Source: a virus (taxonomy: Duplodnaviria; Caudoviricetes). Taken from it: DNA of 64,000 nucleotides. Below the pieces are notes generated by a model that searched no databases, had not been told where the DNA came from, and saw nothing but the letters and a program-made list of their open reading frames with translations. Where the stretch lies: the IMG/VR virus record IMGVR_UViG_3300045596_000061, positions 32,565 through 96,564 of that record. One strand, written 5' to 3'. The position numbers and the translations under genes are program-made. Each line of letters begins with the position of its first letter. Positions within the stretch are counted from its first letter, which is position 1. Shown here piece after piece: positions 29,328 through 36,942 of this stretch.

Positions 29328-29713
29328 TGCTTTTCATTTAAATCAAACAATAATAGTAACTTGAAATTCTTATCTTCAGGGACTATATTAGGTATAAATC
29401 TTGGATTAATCTTTCCATCCACTATAACCTTATTCTTTCTAAGTTTACCCATGATTACTTGAAAGTGAGGAAGAGTTATATTACACTCTTCCCTTACTTT
29501 CTTCTTAGTATCTTCACTCATTGTAACTTTATCAAGAATATTCTGGTCTTGTATTACTTTGCTTAATTTAAACCTATTCTTAACAAAGCTGGTTATTACC
29601 TCCATTTCTCTTTCAGTAAGATTATGAAATGGTTCTAGAAACATAAACCAATATCTGAAGAAGCTATTAGATAAAGAACAAGGTATCCTTACTACATTAT
29701 TAGCCTTATTCAT
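29324..29713 (-). CDS. Winged-helix DNA-binding protein (RepL-like)
   Basis: LTEREMEV, V.EECNIT...FQVIMGKLRK, INPRFIP. Confidence 0.5.
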   Translation of the reverse strand: MNKANNVVRIPCSLSNSFFRYWFMFLEPFHNLTEREMEVITSFVKNRFKLSKVIQDQNILDKVTMSEDTKKKVREECNITLPHFQVIMGKLRKNKVIVDGKINPRFIPNIVPEDKNFKLLLLFDLNEKQ

Positions 29714-29724
29714 AGTATATATTT

Positions 29725-30069
29725 CTACTTTTCAGAATCTTCCTTGAGGCTGTCTTTATTATCTGCTGCTTCTTCTTTCTTTTCAGGTAAAGTAATTGTC
29801 TCTTCAACTTCATTTACACACTTATCAACAAAGTCAGGATTAAACATACCACTGTACTCAAGTACTTTAAATAAATAGTCAAGTCTTTTAAACATATTAC
29901 TAAGATTAGCCTCCTGTAACTTTGTATAAAGCTGTCTTGACTGTTCACTGAGCTGATGAGCTATATTTTCAAGCTGCTCATATGATAATTTCTCCTGCTT
30001 CTGATCTGCACTTGGTTTAGCTGTCAGGTTATTCTTTACTACCTTTAATTTGTTTACTTTCTCTTCCAT
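29725..30069 (-). CDS. Hypothetical coiled-coil protein
   Basis: KLSYEQLENIAHQLSEQ, RLDYLFKV. Confidence 0.6.
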   Translation of the reverse strand: MEEKVNKLKVVKNNLTAKPSADQKQEKLSYEQLENIAHQLSEQSRQLYTKLQEANLSNMFKRLDYLFKVLEYSGMFNPDFVDKCVNEVEETITLPEKKEEAADNKDSLKEDSEK

Positions 30070-30097
30070 TGCTTTATAAATTAAATTATTATTATTA

Positions 30098-30331
30098 TTA
30101 AAAACTATCTAAATAATCATGACCATATTTTTCTTTATATAGTACTTTCCATTTTTCAATGCTGCATTCACTGATGTCTGTAGAACCACATGAGTCACAG
30201 TATATTGAGTCTTCTAATCCTGGTATATCCCTTATCCTTAATGAAAGACACTTCTTACAATAAAGAACTGGTTCTTTACTAAATTTGCTATCTTTCAATG
30301 CCTTAATATCTAAGTTATCTATACTACTCAT
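30098..30331 (-). CDS. Zn-ribbon protein
   Basis: CKKC...CDSC. Confidence 0.6.
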   Translation of the reverse strand: MSSIDNLDIKALKDSKFSKEPVLYCKKCLSLRIRDIPGLEDSIYCDSCGSTDISECSIEKWKVLYKEKYGHDYLDSF

Positions 30332-30356
30332 AAATGTTTATATATTAAGTGTGTAT

Positions 30357-30539
30357 TTATTGCTTATAATATATAAGTAAAAACCAGTCAGTTTCTTTTA
30401 ATATAGTTACTACATCCTCATGTTGAATACATTTATCATTAGCTTTCTTGAGAAGATCACGTATAGTACTAGCTGTTATAGCACATAAATACTTATGTGT
30501 ATCCCTCTCCTCATTATATAATTCTTCTTTTTCTTCCAT
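30357..30539 (-). CDS. Hypothetical protein
   Basis: 60-aa ORF in operon. Confidence 0.5.
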   Translation of the reverse strand: MEEKEELYNEERDTHKYLCAITASTIRDLLKKANDKCIQHEDVVTILKETDWFLLIYYKQ

Positions 30540-30546
30540 AATATAA

Positions 30547-30981
30547 TTAATATAATCTTACATCACAAAGATGAAATAGATAGTCATACTTATTAATATT
30601 CTGAATAAATGTTTCACATTCTGATGTAATACCTTTATATATAACATCTTCAGGAATCTTACTATAAAAGTCTATAGTAGTTGCTTTAACAGTAGCTATA
30701 AAGTCAAAAGCATTAAGGCAGTCACAAGGTATTCCTTTAACTGCATTAGGTTGCATTTTACCAAGTATTCCCATATAACCTTCAGCAAGACCATCCTGAT
30801 AATCTGAGATAACCCCTAAGAAATCATCAAGATATACATGTATGTTTTTTCTTGGTGCTGCCCAATGAAGATTTTTACATCTGGTTTTAAATCCTTCAAG
30901 TCTGTTTATGAATGAAAGAAATAGTTGTGAGCTTCCTTCTTCTTGTACTCTATCTCCTATAGGAGTAAGTAATGTTTCCAT
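30547..30981 (-). CDS. Ferritin/Dps-like protein
   Basis: KNLHWAA, HVYLDD, D.LAE pattern of the Dps ferroxidase site. Confidence 0.65.
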   Translation of the reverse strand: METLLTPIGDRVQEEGSSQLFLSFINRLEGFKTRCKNLHWAAPRKNIHVYLDDFLGVISDYQDGLAEGYMGILGKMQPNAVKGIPCDCLNAFDFIATVKATTIDFYSKIPEDVIYKGITSECETFIQNINKYDYLFHLCDVRLY

Positions 30982-31031
30982 ATTATTTTAGAGTTTAAAA
31001 TTAAAATTTATTAGTAACTAAATTAGTATTG

Positions 31032-31063
31032 CAAATATAAGGGATTATTTTCATACATACAAA
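31032..31063 (-). promoter_or_regulatory. Canonical Bacteroidota promoter TTTG-N20-TATATTTG
   Basis: -7 box 31032-31039, -33 box 31060-31063. Confidence 0.65.
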
Positions 31064-31087
31064 TAATATGAGTTTATTTAAATTAAA

Positions 31088-31429
31088 TTAACAGTGTTCA
31101 TGCATATTATCATCAGGCATAGGCTCTTCTGGTTCAGGCTCTCTATGTATATCATGATTTTCTCTATTCTCATATTTCTCTGACCATGCCTTAGTAATAC
31201 CTGCTGATGCAAATACTCCTGCAACAGAAGCTATATAAGCAGCAAGTCCATGTAAGTCAGTCCTTATAGTATGATTATATACTACTTCAATGATAAGTAT
31301 TGCAGCTGGTATTAATAATAATATTAATCCTATAATAGTTACAGCTATAAGAAAGAAGTTCTTTGAGGAAACTCCTGTATTATTCATTACTAGCTTTTTA
31401 ATAAAAGAAGCATTACTTGTTTTTGTCAT
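31088..31429 (-). CDS. 2-TM membrane protein (holin-like)
   Basis: GVSSKNF followed by two TM helices and a charged C-terminus. Confidence 0.55.
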   Translation of the reverse strand: MTKTSNASFIKKLVMNNTGVSSKNFFLIAVTIIGLILLLIPAAILIIEVVYNHTIRTDLHGLAAYIASVAGVFASAGITKAWSEKYENRENHDIHREPEPEEPMPDDNMHEHC

Positions 31430-31452
31430 AGTTTCTTATAAGATTAATGATA

Positions 31453-31842
31453 TTATACTGCTTTATATATTAATTCTTTGCTTTTACTTTTTCTAATAGT
31501 AAATCCCAAAGGAAGTAATGCATACTTATATATCTGCAATAGTCTTTTATTATCAGGAAATATATGCAGTGTACATCCTTTCCTATGCTCTTTAAAGAAT
31601 AGAAGGTAATCAATTAAACATTTCTTTGCCCATAGAAAAGATTTTATTCCATCTTTGCCTGTATGCTGCCCACTCTGAAAGCCCTTTTTTCTTTTAGAGG
31701 TAACATAAAAAGAAAAGTTATACTGATTACCTTCATACAAGTATGACTCACAATTAATTATCTGTCCATATATATTCTTTGATGTATATCTATATAAATC
31801 AACATACTCAAAGTCTCTTTTCTTTTCTACATTATATAACAT
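31453..31842 (-). CDS. Hypothetical protein, possible GNAT-like fold
   Basis: TGKDGIK and R..IY....LGF weak pattern. Confidence 0.45.
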   Translation of the reverse strand: MLYNVEKKRDFEYVDLYRYTSKNIYGQIINCESYLYEGNQYNFSFYVTSKRKKGFQSGQHTGKDGIKSFLWAKKCLIDYLLFFKEHRKGCTLHIFPDNKRLLQIYKYALLPLGFTIRKSKSKELIYKAV

Positions 31843-31870
31843 ATACTATATACTCTGATAAGAATTAAAG

Positions 31871-31944
31871 TGAAAGAGAAGAGACTTGAACTCTTAACCT
31901 ACAGATTAGAAATCTGTTGCTCTATCCAATTGAGCTACTCTTCC
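31871..31944 (-). tRNA. tRNA-Arg(TCT), CCA not encoded
   Basis: Acceptor GGAAGAG/CTCTTTC, D arm TAGCTCAATTGGATAGAGC, anticodon arm ACAGA-TTTCTAA-TCTGT, T loop TTCAAGT. Confidence 0.93.
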
Positions 31945-31949
31945 TTATA

Positions 31950-32573
31950 AAAAAGTAAGAGGCTGCCTTTAAAAACAATGGTCTAAAGTTCAGCCTCTGA
32001 TATTAGTTTAACCGAAATCACTAATATCTAAAAGTAAGTCTTTGACAAAATGAAGTATCTATTATCACTAACTGATGCTACTAACTATAATAAAAATTAT
32101 TACTAAAACCTTGTATGTTAATCCCTATTTAAAACTCATATTGACTTACTTTTATACTTTAATACAGACTTAAAATTTATATTAAAACCAAACAAAATAA
32201 TCTTAAATAATAATGTTATTATCAATCAAGCACAATAATAATTACCTGACGTTTTTATCCATCATCTGATGTAATTTAATTATAGCCACTGCTAATTTAT
32301 ATTTACACCCTTTGCTTATACTATTAATAGGGGGCGGTTATTATCTACTTTTATTGTAGTTTTATCTTGAACTCCTCTTTACCTCAACCTCTTTCTCATC
32401 ATCTTGGTGGGAGACCCCAGTTTATGTCATATAAGTTTTTCAAGTCCTAAGAGATGTATAACTACTCTATGTATAGGTGAGCAGGTCACTCTTTATGCCA
32501 ATCTAACTCAGGTGGTATTCCTTCAGTTTCATTTACTGTAGATTGAAATCTCTGGATGAACAGGGATTAACTG
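31950..32573 (-). ncRNA. Candidate large structured non-coding RNA of unknown family
   Basis: No long ORF; promoter right upstream; several long-range 8-11 bp complementary pairs (see findings). Confidence 0.45.
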
Positions 32574-32577
32574 TGAG

Positions 32578-32613
32578 CAAAGATAGTATAAAAAATTATA
32601 CTGTGCAAATATA
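32578..32613 (-). promoter_or_regulatory. Leftward promoter TTTG-N20-TATCTTTG with a second TATATTTG box
   Basis: TATCTTTG at 32578-32585; TATATTTG at 32606-32613, whose TTTG is the -33 box. Confidence 0.6.
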
Positions 32614-32853
32614 AAAGAATAAAAATGAAAGATTTAATAAAGATTAACTATTGAGTGCTATATTTATATGGGATTTTTATTTTATTTTATTTTTTTTCCT
32701 AAAATTTTTTTTAGAATTTTTTCTAGAATTTTTTAGTATTTCTATGAATGAAAGTCTGTCACCAAATACCCCTCCCAGACTTTGGAGAGTGGGTTTATAG
32801 CCCCTCTCTTACATAGAGATATTCTCTATGTAAATCCATAAAAAATTACAACT

Positions 32854-33126
32854 ATGGAATCCAAGAGTAATATGAGCCTTCAGGCTCTTAAGATGAGTGA
32901 AAATGGTTCAAGCATTGATTTCTTCCCTACAAAGGAAGGAACAGCACACACATTATTCTTTGTGTGTGGAAGTAAACGTGGCTTTGTTAGTGACAAAGCT
33001 GCTGAAACCCTAAGAGAATCAGGTGCTGCTGCCATTAATGAGCTTCAGTATTCTGAGGTGCAACTCACATCAGGTGAGTGGGCACCTTGCATTAGTACTA
33101 AGGGGAAGCCAGCATTTAGCTTGTAA
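32854..33126 (+). CDS. First gene of rightward arm, hypothetical
   Basis: 90 aa with AT-rich leader; followed by hairpins and terminator. Confidence 0.65.
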   Translation: MESKSNMSLQALKMSENGSSIDFFPTKEGTAHTLFFVCGSKRGFVSDKAAETLRESGAAAINELQYSEVQLTSGEWAPCISTKGKPAFSL

Positions 33127-33176
33127 CCCCTTAAAATGACTTCAAGCATTGCTTTAAGCAGTGCTTGTAAGTCATT

Positions 33177-33214
33177 GAGTATTAGGTAGTTAGACTACCT
33201 AATTACTCTTTTTT
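33177..33214 (+). terminator. Intrinsic terminator, preceded by a second long hairpin at 33135-33176
   Basis: gagta-ttaggtagt/actacctaa-tactc followed by TTTTTT. Confidence 0.65.
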
Positions 33215-33522
33215 CTCCATTAAAATTACAATGAAAAAATAGAACAATCAATAAGATTATAACTATTTTTACTGAATAATTCATATATATAATAATTAAA
33301 ATAAGTAGGCATAGCTCAGGCATTTCTGAAAGTTTTAATTATTATTCAAAAAAACTCAAATAGCTTCCCAAGTTGTTGAGGGCACCAGTTTCTTAGATAA
33401 ATGTATTAATATCTTGATCAGATATTGACAATATACACAGAAGAACCTCTGATAGTGAGACACAGTGTATAAATACATTAAAATAAACTAAGTTTTAGGT
33501 GTAAAACACAAAAACACATACT

Positions 33523-33759
33523 ATGGAAACAGGTATAATAATTATTTTGGCAATAATATTTTTATTACCAATAATAATATTAATAATAGGATTATTATCC
33601 TCTTTGATAGCATCACCATTAGTAAGTGATGATACTCCAAAGAAGAATAGAACTATTATATATATTATAAGTACTATAATAGCTATAATTATCATAGCTT
33701 CTATGAATAAATGTCAATCATCTATAGAAGATGACTATCCAGAAGCAAGAACAGAATAA
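33523..33759 (+). CDS. Small membrane protein
   Basis: Two Ile-rich TM segments. Confidence 0.55.
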   Translation: METGIIIILAIIFLLPIIILIIGLLSSLIASPLVSDDTPKKNRTIIYIISTIIAIIIIASMNKCQSSIEDDYPEARTE

Positions 33760-33780
33760 AATAATTAAATAATAAAATTA

Positions 33781-33906
33781 ATGAATAAAGTATTACAAAA
33801 GCTGAATGGTCACTGCTATATGCTTATAGCACACTGTGACAGTAAATTTCTAACTAATTGGGATTACTCTAATAAGAGTAAATCCCATAAAGTATCACTA
33901 TTTTAA
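33781..33906 (+). CDS. Possible 41-aa ORF (MNKVLQKLNGHCYML...)
   Basis: AT-rich leader and ATG; also contains two hairpins, so it may be non-coding. Confidence 0.3.
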   Translation: MNKVLQKLNGHCYMLIAHCDSKFLTNWDYSNKSKSHKVSLF

Positions 33907-33916
33907 TAGATACATT

Positions 33917-34156
33917 ATGAAAAAGTCACTTACAGAGAAGATATTTAAAATAGTTATTCTATGGATAACTATGATACTTACCTTAGTATTAATATGTATG
34001 GGAGCAAATATGAAATTCATAGCTCTTGCTTTCATACTAATAGCCTACACTGCATTATTATGTACTACAGTAGGTTTACTGTCCCTAAGAGAATTTTACA
34101 TCTACTCAGGTGCAAGATTCATTGATACTGTACTAAATAGAACATTAAATAAATAA
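33917..34156 (+). CDS. Small membrane protein
   Basis: Two TM segments. Confidence 0.55.
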   Translation: MKKSLTEKIFKIVILWITMILTLVLICMGANMKFIALAFILIAYTALLCTTVGLLSLREFYIYSGARFIDTVLNRTLNK

Positions 34157-34169
34157 TAATAATAATAAT

Positions 34170-34286
34170 ATGTGGTATAAAGTAGTTGATAACAGTAATG
34201 AAGAGCATAGTATCTATGCTACTTCAAGGCAAGGATTTGATAATTACTTGAGAAAGCATAAGGAATATACAGAGATTAAAGCGTAA
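34170..34286 (+). CDS. Small hypothetical protein, 38 aa (MWYKVVDNSNEEHSIY...)
   Basis: (AAT)n leader, ATG 34170, TAA 34286; hairpin at the 3' end. Confidence 0.5.
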   Translation: MWYKVVDNSNEEHSIYATSRQGFDNYLRKHKEYTEIKA

Positions 34287-34459
34287 TCTCTGCATTGGGG
34301 TCTGCACATTTATGTCTTTATTTTGTAGGTGCTTATATTTTTGTTTTATGATTAGTGTGCAGGCACAGGTTCTCCACTTGAGAAAGCAGGGAACCTTTTC
34401 TCTTTTTACTTTTTAATAAATAATATTTTATTATATAGAAAATTTTAATTAACTTTGCA

Positions 34460-34876
34460 ATGAATAATGATATATATGAAATAACTCCTGCATTTGATAG
34501 TATTTCAGATGCATCAGACTGGTATTTACATCTCTTTGGTTTTAATTCCATAGAAGAACATAATAGAACTAAAGTAGACTTTGAGGAAGGAATTAAGTAT
34601 GCTGCTGAGTGGCACACCTTAGAGGAAATACCTATGAAGAATAAAGCTGTTATTCTTAAATACAATAACTTAGATAATAGGATAGTTTATAAAGTTATTA
34701 TATTTAGAAATGTACAGGAACTCTTAAGTTCTATCCATGAAAGAATACACACAAACAGCATCCTTTGGAGATACATAGAGTTTATCGATACTAGAATAAA
34801 CTGTGATAAATGTAAGGCAAGCAAGTATTGTGATACCACAGTATCCAGCATTAAACTGTGTAGCAGAACACAATAA
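34460..34876 (+). CDS. Hypothetical protein with C-terminal Cys cluster
   Basis: F.EG..YA.EWH...E.P pattern; CDKC...C; TAACTTTG box at 34450-34457. Confidence 0.55.
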   Translation: MNNDIYEITPAFDSISDASDWYLHLFGFNSIEEHNRTKVDFEEGIKYAAEWHTLEEIPMKNKAVILKYNNLDNRIVYKVIIFRNVQELLSSIHERIHTNSILWRYIEFIDTRINCDKCKASKYCDTTVSSIKLCSRTQ

Positions 34877-35129
34877 TACAGAATATTATAGGAAGCTATA
34901 ACACATAGTTAGAAGTTTCCTTCATAATATATATCCTGATATACATCTGATATTGAATAGGAAGTATATGCTGATAGGCAAGCTATCATTAAATGTCCTG
35001 TTCACGGGTAGAAGCACCATTACTTTAGGACGTGAAACGCAAAAGCATAAACGTTTGACTTTAAGCAGTCTTTCAATAAGAAAGAGGTTGACTTTTTAGG
35101 ACATTTTTCAAAGTAAAAATCCAATTTAT

Positions 35130-35518
35130 GGGGGATAGATTGGCTTTGATTGATAAGAATCAGATTAAAGGACATGCTGACTGTATGAAAAGACATGCAA
35201 AACAATAAGTGCAGATAATACAGAATATCGCATTGCAGCTTAAGGCTGCTTGAGTATCACTTACTTAGAAACAGAAAGGTGAAAAGGTCTGTTAGGAGTC
35301 TAAGACAGAGTGCCCTACTTCTAGAACATTAATTGCTGTGGTTTCGCAGAAGGCAGCTCTACTTTTTAACTGTTTATGGACAATAAAACAGTTTGGTGGA
35401 AAGAATGTTAAATACATTCAGCTCCTGAAGTTATTGACTTCATTAAAAACAATATAAGCATGTAAGAATCCTTTCTTAGGATATCATCAAGACCTGAGTT
35501 CGACTCTCAGATCCTCCA
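35130..35518 (+). ncRNA. ssrA: tmRNA with tag peptide (A)ADNTEYRIAA*
   Basis: Acceptor GGGGGAT/ATCCTCC-A with G3.U70; T arm CTGAG-TTCGACT-CTCAG; tag ORF 35211-35243 after AATAAGT. Confidence 0.92.
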
Positions 35519-35839
35519 CTAAAACAAAACAGTATGTACTTATTTATTCCGGCATACTTACTTGGTTAACAAAGTCTTTATTAAAAGGAATAAAAACAAA
35601 TCCTACATATGAGTAGGTTGACTGTATGTTAAATAAGACATACTGAGTTGACAGCTATAATTAACTGTAAACCTCTATAAAGTATATAGAAGGTCATCCT
35701 TATTGGAGTTTGGACTATATACATTTTAAGCGAAGAACTCTTAATGGCAACATTACTAGAGTTCATTTAAAAACCAAAGGTATCTGGTTTCCTATAAATA
35801 GGTTTGAGGTACCATTTTTAATTGAACATATTCTATCAT

Positions 35840-36235
35840 ATGGACTTAAGTATAAAAGTAAATCTTGTCATTGAACTTCCAGGAAGTACAATGTATAGTA
35901 AGCAGGAGTGCTTAAAAGAACTCACAGACAAGGATAACAACACTGTTATTGCTGAGGATATTGATAAATATAATCAGCATACTCTTAAAGGAACTGATAA
36001 GAAAGGTGTTCCTTATGTTATCCACTATAAGACAAGAAAAGCAAAACCTGCCTTACAGGTTCTTGCTATCTCTAAGTACGCCTATGACTACATGATTTCT
36101 GATGAGTGCCCTGAATGGGAGAGAAAGAATGATTGGAAACTGAAGAATGCAGATAGCAGATTAAGTTCTCACCTGCATAGAATAGCTTCAGATATGAGAG
36201 GCACAGTAAAAGCTGTTGATGTCTATGAAGACTAA
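35840..36235 (+). CDS. Hypothetical protein
   Basis: Probable start MDLSIKV at 35840; followed by terminator. Confidence 0.6.
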   Translation: MDLSIKVNLVIELPGSTMYSKQECLKELTDKDNNTVIAEDIDKYNQHTLKGTDKKGVPYVIHYKTRKAKPALQVLAISKYAYDYMISDECPEWERKNDWKLKNADSRLSSHLHRIASDMRGTVKAVDVYED

Positions 36236-36244
36236 ATAGCTTTG

Positions 36245-36285
36245 AGTATGAGAGGGGATTATGTCCTTTCTCATACTATTTTTTT
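36245..36285 (+). terminator. Intrinsic terminator
   Basis: agtatgagaggggat/gtcctttctcatact followed by T7. Confidence 0.75.
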
Positions 36286-36301
36286 AATTTAATCTTATAA
36301 A

Positions 36302-36469
36302 ATGGAAGTAATAATTTTAATAGTTATATCAATAATAATACTATTCAACTTATACAAGATTTATAGTCCACATATAGATTTAGTAAGAGGAAAAACCAAA
36401 TTTACTATACTATTATGGTACACAAGTTCCGACAGTATAAGGAAAAATATAAAGCTGTTAGTATTATGA
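36302..36469 (+). CDS. Small membrane protein, 55 aa (not in ORF track)
   Basis: MEVIILIVISIIILFNLYKIYSPHID...; stop overlaps the next start (ATGA). Confidence 0.55.
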   Translation: MEVIILIVISIIILFNLYKIYSPHIDLVRGKTKFTILLWYTSSDSIRKNIKLLVL

Positions 36470-36942
36470 AACAAAGACATTATTTAATACTGTTAATGTG
36501 CTTTTTATTTATCTTTCCTATAATTAGTACACCTAAAGGAGAAAGTAGTAATTATTACTATCACTTTAATACTGCAATAAGTAATAAAAAGGAAATGAGT
36601 TTCCTGAATAAAACTCCTGAAGAAGGACTTATGGAGGCTTTATATTACTATAATATCAAACACCCTGAGATTGTATATGCTCAGGCTATACTTGAAAGTG
36701 GTAATTTTAAATCCAATGTTGCTCTTAAATATAATAATCTCTTTGGTCTTTATGATTCAAAGAGAGGCACATACTATAAGTTCAATCACTGGTCAGAGTC
36801 TATAAAGGGATATAAAGACTATATTCAATATAAGTATAAAGGCAATGATTATTATCAGTTTCTGACTGATATAGGATATGCTGAAGATACTCTTTATATA
36901 GACAAGATAAAGAAAGTAGTCAAATTAAATAAAGAATTATGA
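36466..36942 (+). CDS. GH73 glucosaminidase with N-terminal signal/anchor
   Basis: AQAILESGNFKS, NNLFGL, GYAED..YI; probable start MKQRH at 36466. Confidence 0.8.
   Translation: MKQRHYLILLMCFLFIFPIISTPKGESSNYYYHFNTAISNKKEMSFLNKTPEEGLMEALYYYNIKHPEIVYAQAILESGNFKSNVALKYNNLFGLYDSKRGTYYKFNHWSESIKGYKDYIQYKYKGNDYYQFLTDIGYAEDTLYIDKIKKVVKLNKEL

Noticed and set aside
526-31496. Plus-strand ORFs in the left arm, and minus-strand ORFs in the right arm (e.g. 39556-39861, 53616-53942)
   Set aside because: Antisense shadows of long genes on the coding strand, with no motifs
31843-31870. HDV-like theta ribozyme after the tRNA
   Set aside because: The 3' trailer is short, AT-rich and runs into the next gene; no nested pseudoknot visible
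31901-31917. Possible amber suppressor tRNA, since CTA occurs in the anticodon loop
   Set aside because: Stem ACAGA/TCTGT gives loop TTTCTAA, which places TCT (Arg) at positions 34-36
35020-35205. 61-aa minus-strand ORF
   Set aside because: Antisense to tmRNA and its structured leader
31945-35820. CRISPR array in the non-coding zone
   Set aside because: No regularly spaced direct repeats; only inverted repeats
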